From positions 2,688,001-2,752,000 of the forward strand of contig OZ257156.1 of the NCBI GenBank assembly GCA_965279375.1: DNA of 64,000 nucleotides. Reading direction: 5' to 3'. The translations under genes and the position numbers were made by a program. The number at the start of each line of letters is the position of its first letter. Position 1 is the stretch's first letter. Source of the DNA: Gemmatimonas sp. Lineage in GTDB: Bacteria; Gemmatimonadota; Gemmatimonadetes; Gemmatimonadales; Gemmatimonadaceae. Positions 8,383-16,466 of this stretch are shown here, piece by piece. The notes below the pieces were generated by a model. The model made no database searches and was not told the DNA's origin. It saw only the letters and a program-made list of their open reading frames with translations.

Positions 8383-9798
8383 TCAGTCGGTCTGCGTGGA
8401 ATGCGAGGGTGAAGCATCATCGTCGTGGTCCGAACCGCCATCGTCGGCGTCGCCGTCGTCGAGTGCATCGTCACTCGAGGTCCCGTCGTCGCTGCCGCCT
8501 TCGGATTTCCGACGCTGCTCGGCGGCACGCAGGCGTCGGCCACCTCGACGGCCACGACGGCGCTTACGCCGCGGCCCGTCTTCCGTTCCTTCCGGCTGCT
8601 CGGCTGCGTCGTCCGCTCGTGCGTCCGCAGGTGCGTCGGCAGTTGACGCTGCCTCGGCGATCGCTGCGGGCTCCACTGCGGCCACGGGCGGCAGTGGCGC
8701 GGCAACAACGGGCGCGGCAACAGCGGGCGCGGCTACAGCGGGCGCGGCCTGCGGCGGTGCTGGCGGGACGGCCGTGGTGATGACGTCCGCGACCACCGGC
8801 TCGGCGATGCGTTCGATGCTCCGCACCGCGGGGCGATTGCTTGGCGTTGAACGCGGCGGCCGACTCTTCGCGCCAGCGCGGGCGTTCGCGCGCGCATCGT
8901 CGTGGTCGATCGCCATGTCTTCGATGTCGCTGGGCACTTCATGCGTGTCGGTCGCGTGCATGCCATCGAAGCCGCCGATCTCTTCGCGCAACTCGGCGAG
9001 CGGCACGACGCGCGAATCGCCTTCGGCGGTGCGCAGCGTGACGCGATCGTTGAAGATGTCGCAGCTGACGACCTTCTCTTCGCCCAGCTTCGTCTGAAGA
9101 ATCTTCCCTTCCTTGGGGAAGCGTCGACGACTCTGCACGTAGAACTCGTGCTCGTATCGCAGGCAGCACATCAGCCGCCCGCACGCCCCAGAGATCTGCT
9201 GGGGATTGAGCGAGAGCTTCTGGTCCTTGGCGACGCCAAGATTGACCGGGCGCAGGTCCGGGAGCCACGACGACGAGCAGTACTCGCGACCGCAGCGACC
9301 AACGCCGGAGAGACGCTTGGCCTCGTCGCGCACGCCGATCTGTTTGAGCTCGATGCGGGTGCGAAACATCGCCGCGAGATCGCGCACAAGCGCGCGGAAG
9401 TCGACGCGACGTTCGGCGGTGAAGTAGAACGTCAGCTTGCGACGATCCCACTGCCACTCGGCGTCGGTCAACTTCATCACGAGCCCATTGGCTTTGACGC
9501 GTTCGAACGCACGCCGACGGGCGGACTCGTTCTCGGCGCCCATCTCGCGTTCGCGCACGTCTTCTTCGCGTGTGGCGAGTCGGAGTGCCTTGCGCGGTGG
9601 CGGTGCGGTGCCACAGCCGTGCGCGCAGCCGCGGCAGCGCACTTCGGCGAGCTCGCCGGTGGCATGCACGCGACCGAAGTCCTCCCCGCGGTCGGCCTCG
9701 ACAATGATTCCGGCCTTGAGAGCCGGCACTGTCTCCTCCTCCCACTGGAAGAACTCTTTGCGATTGCCTCGAAAGGCGACTTCGATGAGGTGCGCCAC
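8383..9798 (-). CDS. ricT: PSP1-domain RicT/YaaT-like Fe-S protein with long disordered C-terminus
   Basis: FYFTAERRVDFRALVRDLA, RIELKQIGVRDEAK, GRCGREYC, SGACGRLMCCLRYE. Confidence 0.9.
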   Translation of the reverse strand: MAHLIEVAFRGNRKEFFQWEEETVPALKAGIIVEADRGEDFGRVHATGELAEVRCRGCAHGCGTAPPPRKALRLATREEDVREREMGAENESARRRAFERVKANGLVMKLTDAEWQWDRRKLTFYFTAERRVDFRALVRDLAAMFRTRIELKQIGVRDEAKRLSGVGRCGREYCSSSWLPDLRPVNLGVAKDQKLSLNPQQISGACGRLMCCLRYEHEFYVQSRRRFPKEGKILQTKLGEEKVVSCDIFNDRVTLRTAEGDSRVVPLAELREEIGGFDGMHATDTHEVPSDIEDMAIDHDDARANARAGAKSRPPRSTPSNRPAVRSIERIAEPVVADVITTAVPPAPPQAAPAVAAPAVAAPVVAAPLPPVAAVEPAAIAEAASTADAPADARADDAAEQPEGTEDGPRRKRRRGRRGGRRLRAAEQRRKSEGGSDDGTSSDDALDDGDADDGGSDHDDDASPSHSTQTD

Positions 9799-9809
9799 GC
9801 GTGTGCGCC

Positions 9810-10778
9810 CTACTCGGTGAACTGGCCCATGCGCAAAAACTTTTCGCGACGACGTCGCACGAGCTTGTCCGGCTTGAGACGGCGCAGGTCTTCGAGGTTC
9901 TTGATCAGGGCGTCGCGCAGTGAATTGGCCGACGTCTGGTGATCGGAGTGCGCGCCGCCGACGGGCTCGGGAATGATCTCGTCGATGACCTTGAGTTCGA
10001 TGAGATCCTTGGCGGTGAGTCGCAGCGCGGACGCGGCCTTCTCCTTGATCGCTGGCGTCTTGCCATCCTTCCAGAGAATGGACGCGCAGCCTTCCACCGT
10101 GATGACCGAGTACACCGCGTTCTCGAGCATCAGCACGCGATCGGCCACACCCAGTGCGAGCGCACCACCCGAGCCACCTTCGCCGATGACCGTCGCGACG
10201 ATGGGCACCTGCAGCTGGCTCATCTCGAGGAGATTGCGTGCGATCGCTTCGCCCTGTCCGCGCTCTTCAGCGCCGAGTCCCGGCCACGCGCCCGGCGTAT
10301 CGATGAAGGTGATGACCGGCACCTGGAACTTCTCGGCCAGCTTCATGTGGCGCAGCGCCTTGCGGTAGCCCTCGGGGTGGGGCATGCCGAAGTTGCGCTT
10401 GAGGTTCTCCTTGGTGTCGCGGCCACGTTGCTGGCCGATGACCATCACCGTTTCGCCGTCGAGTCGCGCCCAGCCACCGATGATGGCGCCGTCGTCGCGA
10501 AACGCGCGATCCCCGTGCAACTCGATGAAGTCGGTGAAGGCGAGGCGGATGTAGTCGGCCGTGAAGGGACGACGGGCAATGCGCGCCACCTGCACGCGCT
10601 GCAGCGGCGTCAGGTCGCGATAAATCTCAACCCGGAGCGACGAGAGCTTCTGTTCGAGCGGCGCGATTTCCTTCGCCACATCGATCGAGCGTTCGCCGGC
10701 GAGCTTCTTGAGCTCCTCGATCTGCTTCTCGAGCTCGGCCAGCGGTTTCTCGAACTCAAGAACGGGTGCGGAAGCCAT
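9810..10778 (-). CDS. accA: Acetyl-CoA carboxylase carboxyltransferase alpha
   Basis: LEFEKPL, ELHGDR, FGMPHPEGYRKALR, IDTPGA, GEGGSGGAL; start set at MASAPV. Confidence 0.97.
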   Translation of the reverse strand: MASAPVLEFEKPLAELEKQIEELKKLAGERSIDVAKEIAPLEQKLSSLRVEIYRDLTPLQRVQVARIARRPFTADYIRLAFTDFIELHGDRAFRDDGAIIGGWARLDGETVMVIGQQRGRDTKENLKRNFGMPHPEGYRKALRHMKLAEKFQVPVITFIDTPGAWPGLGAEERGQGEAIARNLLEMSQLQVPIVATVIGEGGSGGALALGVADRVLMLENAVYSVITVEGCASILWKDGKTPAIKEKAASALRLTAKDLIELKVIDEIIPEPVGGAHSDHQTSANSLRDALIKNLEDLRRLKPDKLVRRRREKFLRMGQFTE

Positions 10779-10810
10779 AGCGATACGGAAGAAAGGAAGC
10801 GCGGTTGCGG

Positions 10811-13800
10811 TCAGCCATCGGCGCGCACGAGGCGCACACGATCGGCGCCCAGCAGCGCGCGAAGATCGGTCAGGACAACGGGTGACACAGCGACGGTGAG
10901 GGTCCGCGAGCGAAAGCGCACTTGGTGACCGTCGCCGCTGTTCCAGCGCACTTCGATCGGTGCAGAGCCGTGATGGTTGTCGATCGTCAGCCGGATATCG
11001 TCCATGACCGAAGGCGCGAGATCGAGTCCGCGCTCCAGGTCGATGGCGACCCCCACCTCGCCGTTGGCGCGCACTTCCGTGAAGCGCGTGACCGACTCGA
11101 CGATGAACGTGGGGTTCTCGACCCCCTGATCCTTCCGGGAGTATCCGCCCTTGAGCAGCAGCGGAATGTCCGGCCGGACGCGTTCCGCGATCACCGCCCA
11201 GGCTTCCTGGAAGACCAACACCTCGGCAGACCCCGAAAAATCCTCCACGGTGAGTCGAGCAAACTCGGCGCCGGAGCGTTTCGAAATCTGTCGCTTGATA
11301 GCCGTCACCACCACCCCGATCGTTACAGACTCGGGCGTCCACGTCCCCAGCTGCGCGACCGTGTGGGACGCGAACAGCTCGCACTCCGTCCGGAAGGGGT
11401 CGAGGGGGTGGCCGGAGATGTAGAAGCCCAGCAGCTCCTTCTCCCGCTGAAGCCGCTCACTCTCCGACCAGACCGACGCGTTCGGGAGCGTCGGGGCCGG
11501 CGCCTCCGCCGACATCCCCGACCCCTCGTCAGGGCTCGGCTCGCCAAAGAGCGACCCTTGGCCGATGGCGGCCTCCCCCTGCCGCAGCGACGCCTCGTTA
11601 ATCGCATGGTCGAGCGCGGCCATGAGCTGCGCCCGATGACCGCCCAGCCCGTCGCAGGCGCCCGTGGCGATCAGGGCTTCGAAGACGCGCTTGTTGCAGA
11701 CCCGCAGGTCGACGCGCGAGCACAGATCGTACAGCGACGTGAACGGGCCCGCCTCGCGCGCGGCGAGCAGCGAGTCGATCGCGCCGCGCCCCACGTTGCG
11801 TACGGCACCCAATCCAAAGCGCACGCGGATTTCGCCGTGTACCGTGAAGCGCCATCCGGACTCGTTCACATCCGGCGGCAGGACCTCGAGCCCCATTTCG
11901 CGCGCTTCGGCGATGTACTTGATGACCTCTTCGGTCTTGCCGATCTGCGCCGACAACAGCGCCGCCATGAACTCAGCGGGATAGTGCGCCTTGAGCCACG
12001 CGGTGTGGTACGACAGCACCGAGTAGGCGACCGAGTGCGACTTGTTGAAGCCGTAGCGGCCGAACGTCTCAATCTGTCCTGACAGCTCGTCGATGATCTT
12101 GGGATTGTGGCCCCGTGCGACGGCCTTCTCGGTGAACTTGCCGAGCTCCTTCTTGATCAGCTCCGCGTCCTTCTTGCCCACCGCCTTTCGCAGCACGTCG
12201 GCTTCGGCGAGCGAGATGCCGGCGATCACCTGCGCCAGACGCATCACCTGTTCCTGATAGGTGATGACGCCGTACGTGTTGGAGAGAATCGGCTCCAACT
12301 CGGGCAGCGCGTACGAGACGGGCTCTTCGCCGCGTTTGCGCTTGATGTAGACGTTGTGCATCCCCGCGTCGAGCGGGCCGGGACGCAGCAGTGCGTTAGA
12401 GGCGACCAAGTCGTCGAAGCGGTCGCAGCGCATGCGCTTGAGCACGTCCGTCGCGAGCGGCGATTCGAACTGGAACACGCCGGCGGTGCGACCAGCACGC
12501 AGCAACCGGTACGTCTCGGGATCGGTGAAGCCGCGTTCTTCCAGCACGACTTCCTTGCCGCTCCGCTGCTTGATGAGCGCGAGCGTATCGCTGATGACGG
12601 TGAGCGTCGTCAGACCGAGGAAGTCCATCTTGAGCATGCCCGCCTTTTCCAGCGCGGTCATGTCGTACTGCGTCACGATGACGCGTTCGTCGTCGCCTGA
12701 GCCCGAGCCTTTGGTAGCCTGCGTGCAGATTGGCACGAAGTCGTCAAGCGGACCTGGCGCGATGACGACACCGGCAGCGTGCACGCCGGTGTGGCGCGAG
12801 AGTCCTTCGAGCGAGATCGCGAAGTCGAGCAGCTGCTTGTAGCGCGGATCGTCCTCGTAGAAGCGCTTGACTTCGGGGACCTGCGCAATCGCTTCCTTGA
12901 CGGTGAGCGAGAAGTTGGGCGCGTTGGGGATGAGCTTGGCCAGCGCGTCCGTTTCGCCCGGCGTGAAGCCCAGCGTGCGCCCGACGTCCTTGATCGCGGC
13001 GCGCGACTTCATCGTTCCGAAGGTGACGATCTGGCCGACGGAATCCTTGCCGTACTTCTGACGCACGTACTCGATCACTTCGCCGCGGCGCTCGAAGCAG
13101 AAGTCGACGTCGACGTCAGGCATCGACACGCGCTCCGGATTCAGGAAGCGCTCGAAGAGCAGATCGAACTCCAGCGGGCACACATCGGTGATGCGTGTGG
13201 CGTATGCGACGATCGAGCCTGCCGCGGAACCACGTCCCGGTCCCACGGGAATGCCGCGATCGCGCGCCGCCTTGATGAAGTCGGCGGTGATGAGGAAGTA
13301 GCCCGCGTAGCCCGTCTTGGTAATGACGCCGAGTTCGTAGTCGAGTCGCTCGACGACGTTGGCCGGCAGCGGATCGCCGTAGCGCGCCTTGGCGCCTTCC
13401 GTCGCCAACTGCACGAGATAGTCGTTTTCCGACGTGAGTCCGTCGGGCAACGGAAACGACGGCACGTAGTACTTTTTGGCGAACTGCACGTCGACGCTGT
13501 CAGCGATCGCCAGCGTGTTGGTGAGTACGTCTTCACGGCCCGGGAAGAACGGCCGGATTTCATCCGCGTTCTTGAAGTACAGGCCATCGTCGTACTTCAT
13601 CCGATCGCGGTCGTTGCGATCCTTACCGAGTCCGATGCACAGCAGCACGTCGTGCGCATCGTGGTCCTCGTGCTTGAGGAAGTGCGCATCGTTCGTGGCC
13701 ACGACGGGCAGTCCAACGTCGTCGGCGAGCGACAGGATCTTGGCGTTGAGCTTCGCCTGTCCTTCGCTGGTGTGCGCCTGCACCTCGAGGAAGTAGCGCC

Positions 13801-14305
13801 CCTTGAACAGTTCGGCGTACCACGCCGCTGCTTCGCGCGCTTCCTCGACGCGATCCTCCATCAGGTGCGACGCGACTTCGCCCGCGAGGCAGGCCGAGGA
13901 GACGATGATGCCTTCGGAGTGCGCCGCGAGCAGTTCGCGGTCGATGCGCGGCTTGGTGTAGAATCCCTCGGTGTATCCCAGCGAGGAAAGCTTGACGAGG
14001 TTCTTGTACCCGACGATGTCCCGCGCGAGGAGCACGAGATGGTAGTAGGGCTTGGCACCCGGCGCCGGCCGGCCGCGCGTGCGCCGATCGCCGGGCGCGA
14101 CGTAGGCTTCCATGCCGATGATCGGCTTGATGCCGGCCTTCTTGGCCTTTTCCTGGAATTCCCAAGCGGCGTGCATGTTGCCATGATCCGTGATGGCGAG
14201 CGCCGGCTGTTCGAACAGCTTGGCGCGCGAGATCAGGTCATCGATACGATTCGCGCCGTCGAGGAGCGAATACTCGGAGTGGCAATGCAGGTGAACGAAC
14301 GACAT
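10811..14305 (-). CDS. dnaE: DNA polymerase III alpha subunit
   Basis: FVHLHCHSEYSLLDG PHP domain, GPGRGSAAGS, FERFLNPERVSMPDVDVDF, YGFNKSH; no intein-sized insertion. Confidence 0.98.
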   Translation of the reverse strand: MSFVHLHCHSEYSLLDGANRIDDLISRAKLFEQPALAITDHGNMHAAWEFQEKAKKAGIKPIIGMEAYVAPGDRRTRGRPAPGAKPYYHLVLLARDIVGYKNLVKLSSLGYTEGFYTKPRIDRELLAAHSEGIIVSSACLAGEVASHLMEDRVEEAREAAAWYAELFKGRYFLEVQAHTSEGQAKLNAKILSLADDVGLPVVATNDAHFLKHEDHDAHDVLLCIGLGKDRNDRDRMKYDDGLYFKNADEIRPFFPGREDVLTNTLAIADSVDVQFAKKYYVPSFPLPDGLTSENDYLVQLATEGAKARYGDPLPANVVERLDYELGVITKTGYAGYFLITADFIKAARDRGIPVGPGRGSAAGSIVAYATRITDVCPLEFDLLFERFLNPERVSMPDVDVDFCFERRGEVIEYVRQKYGKDSVGQIVTFGTMKSRAAIKDVGRTLGFTPGETDALAKLIPNAPNFSLTVKEAIAQVPEVKRFYEDDPRYKQLLDFAISLEGLSRHTGVHAAGVVIAPGPLDDFVPICTQATKGSGSGDDERVIVTQYDMTALEKAGMLKMDFLGLTTLTVISDTLALIKQRSGKEVVLEERGFTDPETYRLLRAGRTAGVFQFESPLATDVLKRMRCDRFDDLVASNALLRPGPLDAGMHNVYIKRKRGEEPVSYALPELEPILSNTYGVITYQEQVMRLAQVIAGISLAEADVLRKAVGKKDAELIKKELGKFTEKAVARGHNPKIIDELSGQIETFGRYGFNKSHSVAYSVLSYHTAWLKAHYPAEFMAALLSAQIGKTEEVIKYIAEAREMGLEVLPPDVNESGWRFTVHGEIRVRFGLGAVRNVGRGAIDSLLAAREAGPFTSLYDLCSRVDLRVCNKRVFEALIATGACDGLGGHRAQLMAALDHAINEASLRQGEAAIGQGSLFGEPSPDEGSGMSAEAPAPTLPNASVWSESERLQREKELLGFYISGHPLDPFRTECELFASHTVAQLGTWTPESVTIGVVVTAIKRQISKRSGAEFARLTVEDFSGSAEVLVFQEAWAVIAERVRPDIPLLLKGGYSRKDQGVENPTFIVESVTRFTEVRANGEVGVAIDLERGLDLAPSVMDDIRLTIDNHHGSAPIEVRWNSGDGHQVRFRSRTLTVAVSPVVLTDLRALLGADRVRLVRADG

Positions 14306-14382
14306 AGGCAGGAAAGGATAGCCGCTCTGCCGGGAGTGCGGGAGCACTTGCGCTCCGTCGCCATCCGGCATGGGGAGATGCG

Positions 14383-15444
14383 ATGCGCCGCTCGCTGAGT
14401 TGGCGTGGGTTTCGTCGCGGCGCTGGGCTGCTGGCCACGCTGTGTGCAGCGGTGCTCTGCCTCACACCGATGGGGTGCTACATCTCGCGCGCTGCGTTCG
14501 AGGAAGCGCGCATTCTGTCGCGCCGGCAGTCGATCGCCAAGCTCGCCGCCGACACCAGCAGCACATCCAAGATTGACGCGGCCACGCGAGCCAAGCTGGG
14601 ACTAGTGGTCGCAGCTCGCAACTTCGCCGTCGATTCCCTGGGGCTCAAGGCAGGAAAGAGCTTCACGGCATACTCTCGTCTCGACCGCGACACGCTCGTG
14701 CTGGTGCTATCGGCCGCCTATCGCGATCGATTGGAGCGGAAGACGTGGTGGTTCCCCGTGGTGGGGCGCTTCCCCTACAAGGGGTTCTTCGACTTCGACG
14801 ACGCGCGCAAGACGGCGACATCGCTGCGCAACGACGGGTTCGACGTCACCGTTGGCGCGTCCTCGGCGTTCAGTACGCTGGGGTGGTTCAATGATCCGCT
14901 GGTCAGTACGACGATCGCGACGGACTCGATCACGCTGGCCAACACGATCATCCACGAACTGCTGCACAACACATACTTCGCCAAGGGGCGCGTGCCTTTC
15001 AACGAGTCCTTCGCCAGCTTCGTGGGTGGGCGCGGCGCCGAGCACTTCTTCCGCGCCCGCGGCGACACGGCGTCCTTGCGTCGCGCCGAGGCGGATTGGC
15101 AGGATGACCTTTTGCTCGGCGCCTTCTGGGCCCGCGTGTCCCACCAGATCGATAGTGTGTTTGCCGCGCTGCCGGCTGACGCGAAAGAGGCGCGCATCGC
15201 CGCACGCGACACGGTGTATACGCACGCGCGCCGCCGGTTGGTGGATTCGATCGGTCCGCAGCTGCGCGGATATCCGGCGGGGTGGGCGGAACGCGTGCCG
15301 CTCAACAATGCAGTGCTGCTGTCGCGCAGAGTGTACGCCGAAGGGTTGGATGGATTCGATTCGGTGTACGTCGCGGAGGGGCGCGATTTGCGGCGCGCGA
15401 TTGAGAAGATCATCGCGCGGGATCGGGAGACGGTACGAAAGTAG
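14383..15444 (+). CDS. Putative exported zinc aminopeptidase
   Basis: Signal/lipobox-like N-terminus, WWFPVVGRFPYKGFF, STLGWFNDP, HELLH...NESFA (HExxH+E). Confidence 0.85.
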   Translation: MRRSLSWRGFRRGAGLLATLCAAVLCLTPMGCYISRAAFEEARILSRRQSIAKLAADTSSTSKIDAATRAKLGLVVAARNFAVDSLGLKAGKSFTAYSRLDRDTLVLVLSAAYRDRLERKTWWFPVVGRFPYKGFFDFDDARKTATSLRNDGFDVTVGASSAFSTLGWFNDPLVSTTIATDSITLANTIIHELLHNTYFAKGRVPFNESFASFVGGRGAEHFFRARGDTASLRRAEADWQDDLLLGAFWARVSHQIDSVFAALPADAKEARIAARDTVYTHARRRLVDSIGPQLRGYPAGWAERVPLNNAVLLSRRVYAEGLDGFDSVYVAEGRDLRRAIEKIIARDRETVRK

Positions 15445-15448
15445 GGAC

Positions 15449-15529
15449 CGGTAACCGGTCACGCCGTTGGCTGTTCGGCGGCCGGTCACGCAGTTCGCCG
15501 TTCGGTAACCGGTCACGCGGTTCGCTCCA
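15449..15529. repeat. Three 27-bp tandem units (consensus CGGTAACCGGTCACGCAGTTCGCCGTT)
   Basis: Units start at 15449, 15476 and 15503; the third unit begins the long hairpin. Confidence 0.9.
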
Positions 15530-15731
15530 CTGATCTCCCGTCACTCACCACTCGTAGCCCGAAACAGGGGTGTGTCGAGTTGGCGGTCCTCGACCCCGCC
15601 TGATCTGAGTGAGAAACTCTGAACCGGGAACTGGCGACTGCGCCCTGCCGCCGCTCTGACACTCCTCTGTTCCGGGTCGCGAGTGGTGGGTGGTCAGTCT
15701 TGAGTGGAGCGAACTGCGTCACCGGTTACCG
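15503..15731. repeat. Long structured repeat, copy 1 (rod-like hairpin; putative ncRNA)
   Basis: Left arm 15503-15586 is complementary to right arm 15648-15731; direct repeat of 16190-16410 at offset 687. Confidence 0.9.
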
Positions 15732-16086
15732 GTGACGATTGGACACGCCGGCGTAAGCCGAAGAGCATCTTTCGCACGCCGACCAATTCGTCCATCAGAG
15801 ACACCGCTTCGGCTGGATCAATCAGCGCCAGCTCCCGCGCCAGCTTGAGATGACTCTCCAGCTCATTCGCCGACGCAATCGCGATGGTGAGAAATCGCGC
15901 GAACTGCGCCGGCGAATCCTGCCCGGCGCCCTCCGCGATGTTCGAGGGAATCGATACGGCCGCGCGGAGCAACTGCGCGCGGAGTCCGGGCGCGTTGCGA
16001 TGGGTGAGGCGTTTGGAGGCGGGATGCAACGCGAGCGTGAGCGCGTGTGCTCTCTGCCAGACATGGAGTTTGTTGTGATCCTGCAT
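15694..16086 (-). CDS. Four helix bundle protein (23S rRNA IVP / TIGR02436-like)
   Basis: KLHVWQRAH, LRAQLLRAAVSIPSNIAEG, FARFLTIAIASANELESHL; 130 aa. Confidence 0.93.
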   Translation of the reverse strand: MQDHNKLHVWQRAHALTLALHPASKRLTHRNAPGLRAQLLRAAVSIPSNIAEGAGQDSPAQFARFLTIAIASANELESHLKLARELALIDPAEAVSLMDELVGVRKMLFGLRRRVQSSPVTGDAVRSTQD

Positions 16087-16162
16087 GGCGACAACGTGCG
16101 GAGCAACGGCGGAATGGCGGTAACCATTTCGATGCCCGGTAGTGCCGATTCACGCATCCAAC

Positions 16163-16410
16163 CGGTAACCGGTCACGCAGTTCGCCGTTCGGTAACCGGT
16201 CACGCAGTTCGCTCCACTGATCTCCCGTCACTCACCACCCGTAGCCCGAAACAGGGTTGTGTCGGGTTGGCGGTCCGCGACCCCGCCTGAGCTGAGTGAA
16301 AAACTCTGAACCGGGAACTGGCCACTGCGCCCTGCCGCCACTCTGACACTACTCTGTTCCGGGTCGCGAGTGGTGGGTGGTCGGTCTTGAGTGGAGCGAA
16401 CAGCGTGACC
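16163..16410. repeat. 27-bp unit plus long structured repeat, copy 2
   Basis: Unit 16163-16189, then 16190-16410 matches 15503-15723 with 13 substitutions and no indels (manual alignment). Confidence 0.9.
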
Positions 16411-16466
16411 CTTCACCGGCGGAACCGGATGGAGCAAACCAGGTGACTGGTTACCGAGAACAACCC

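Noticed and set aside
10811..14305. Intein or split dnaE
   Set aside because: Normal length and continuous motifs
15600..15625. Hammerhead ribozyme core (CTGA...GAAA) in the apical region
   Set aside because: The CUGANGA consensus is not matched and the three-stem junction could not be built by eye
15694..16086. Diversity-generating retroelement or retron (Avd-like protein plus repeats)
   Set aside because: No reverse transcriptase in the window; differences between the repeat copies are not adenine-specific and neither copy is a variable region of a target gene
15449..16216. 27-bp repeats as a CRISPR array
   Set aside because: Units are directly adjacent with no unique spacers, and no cas genes are present
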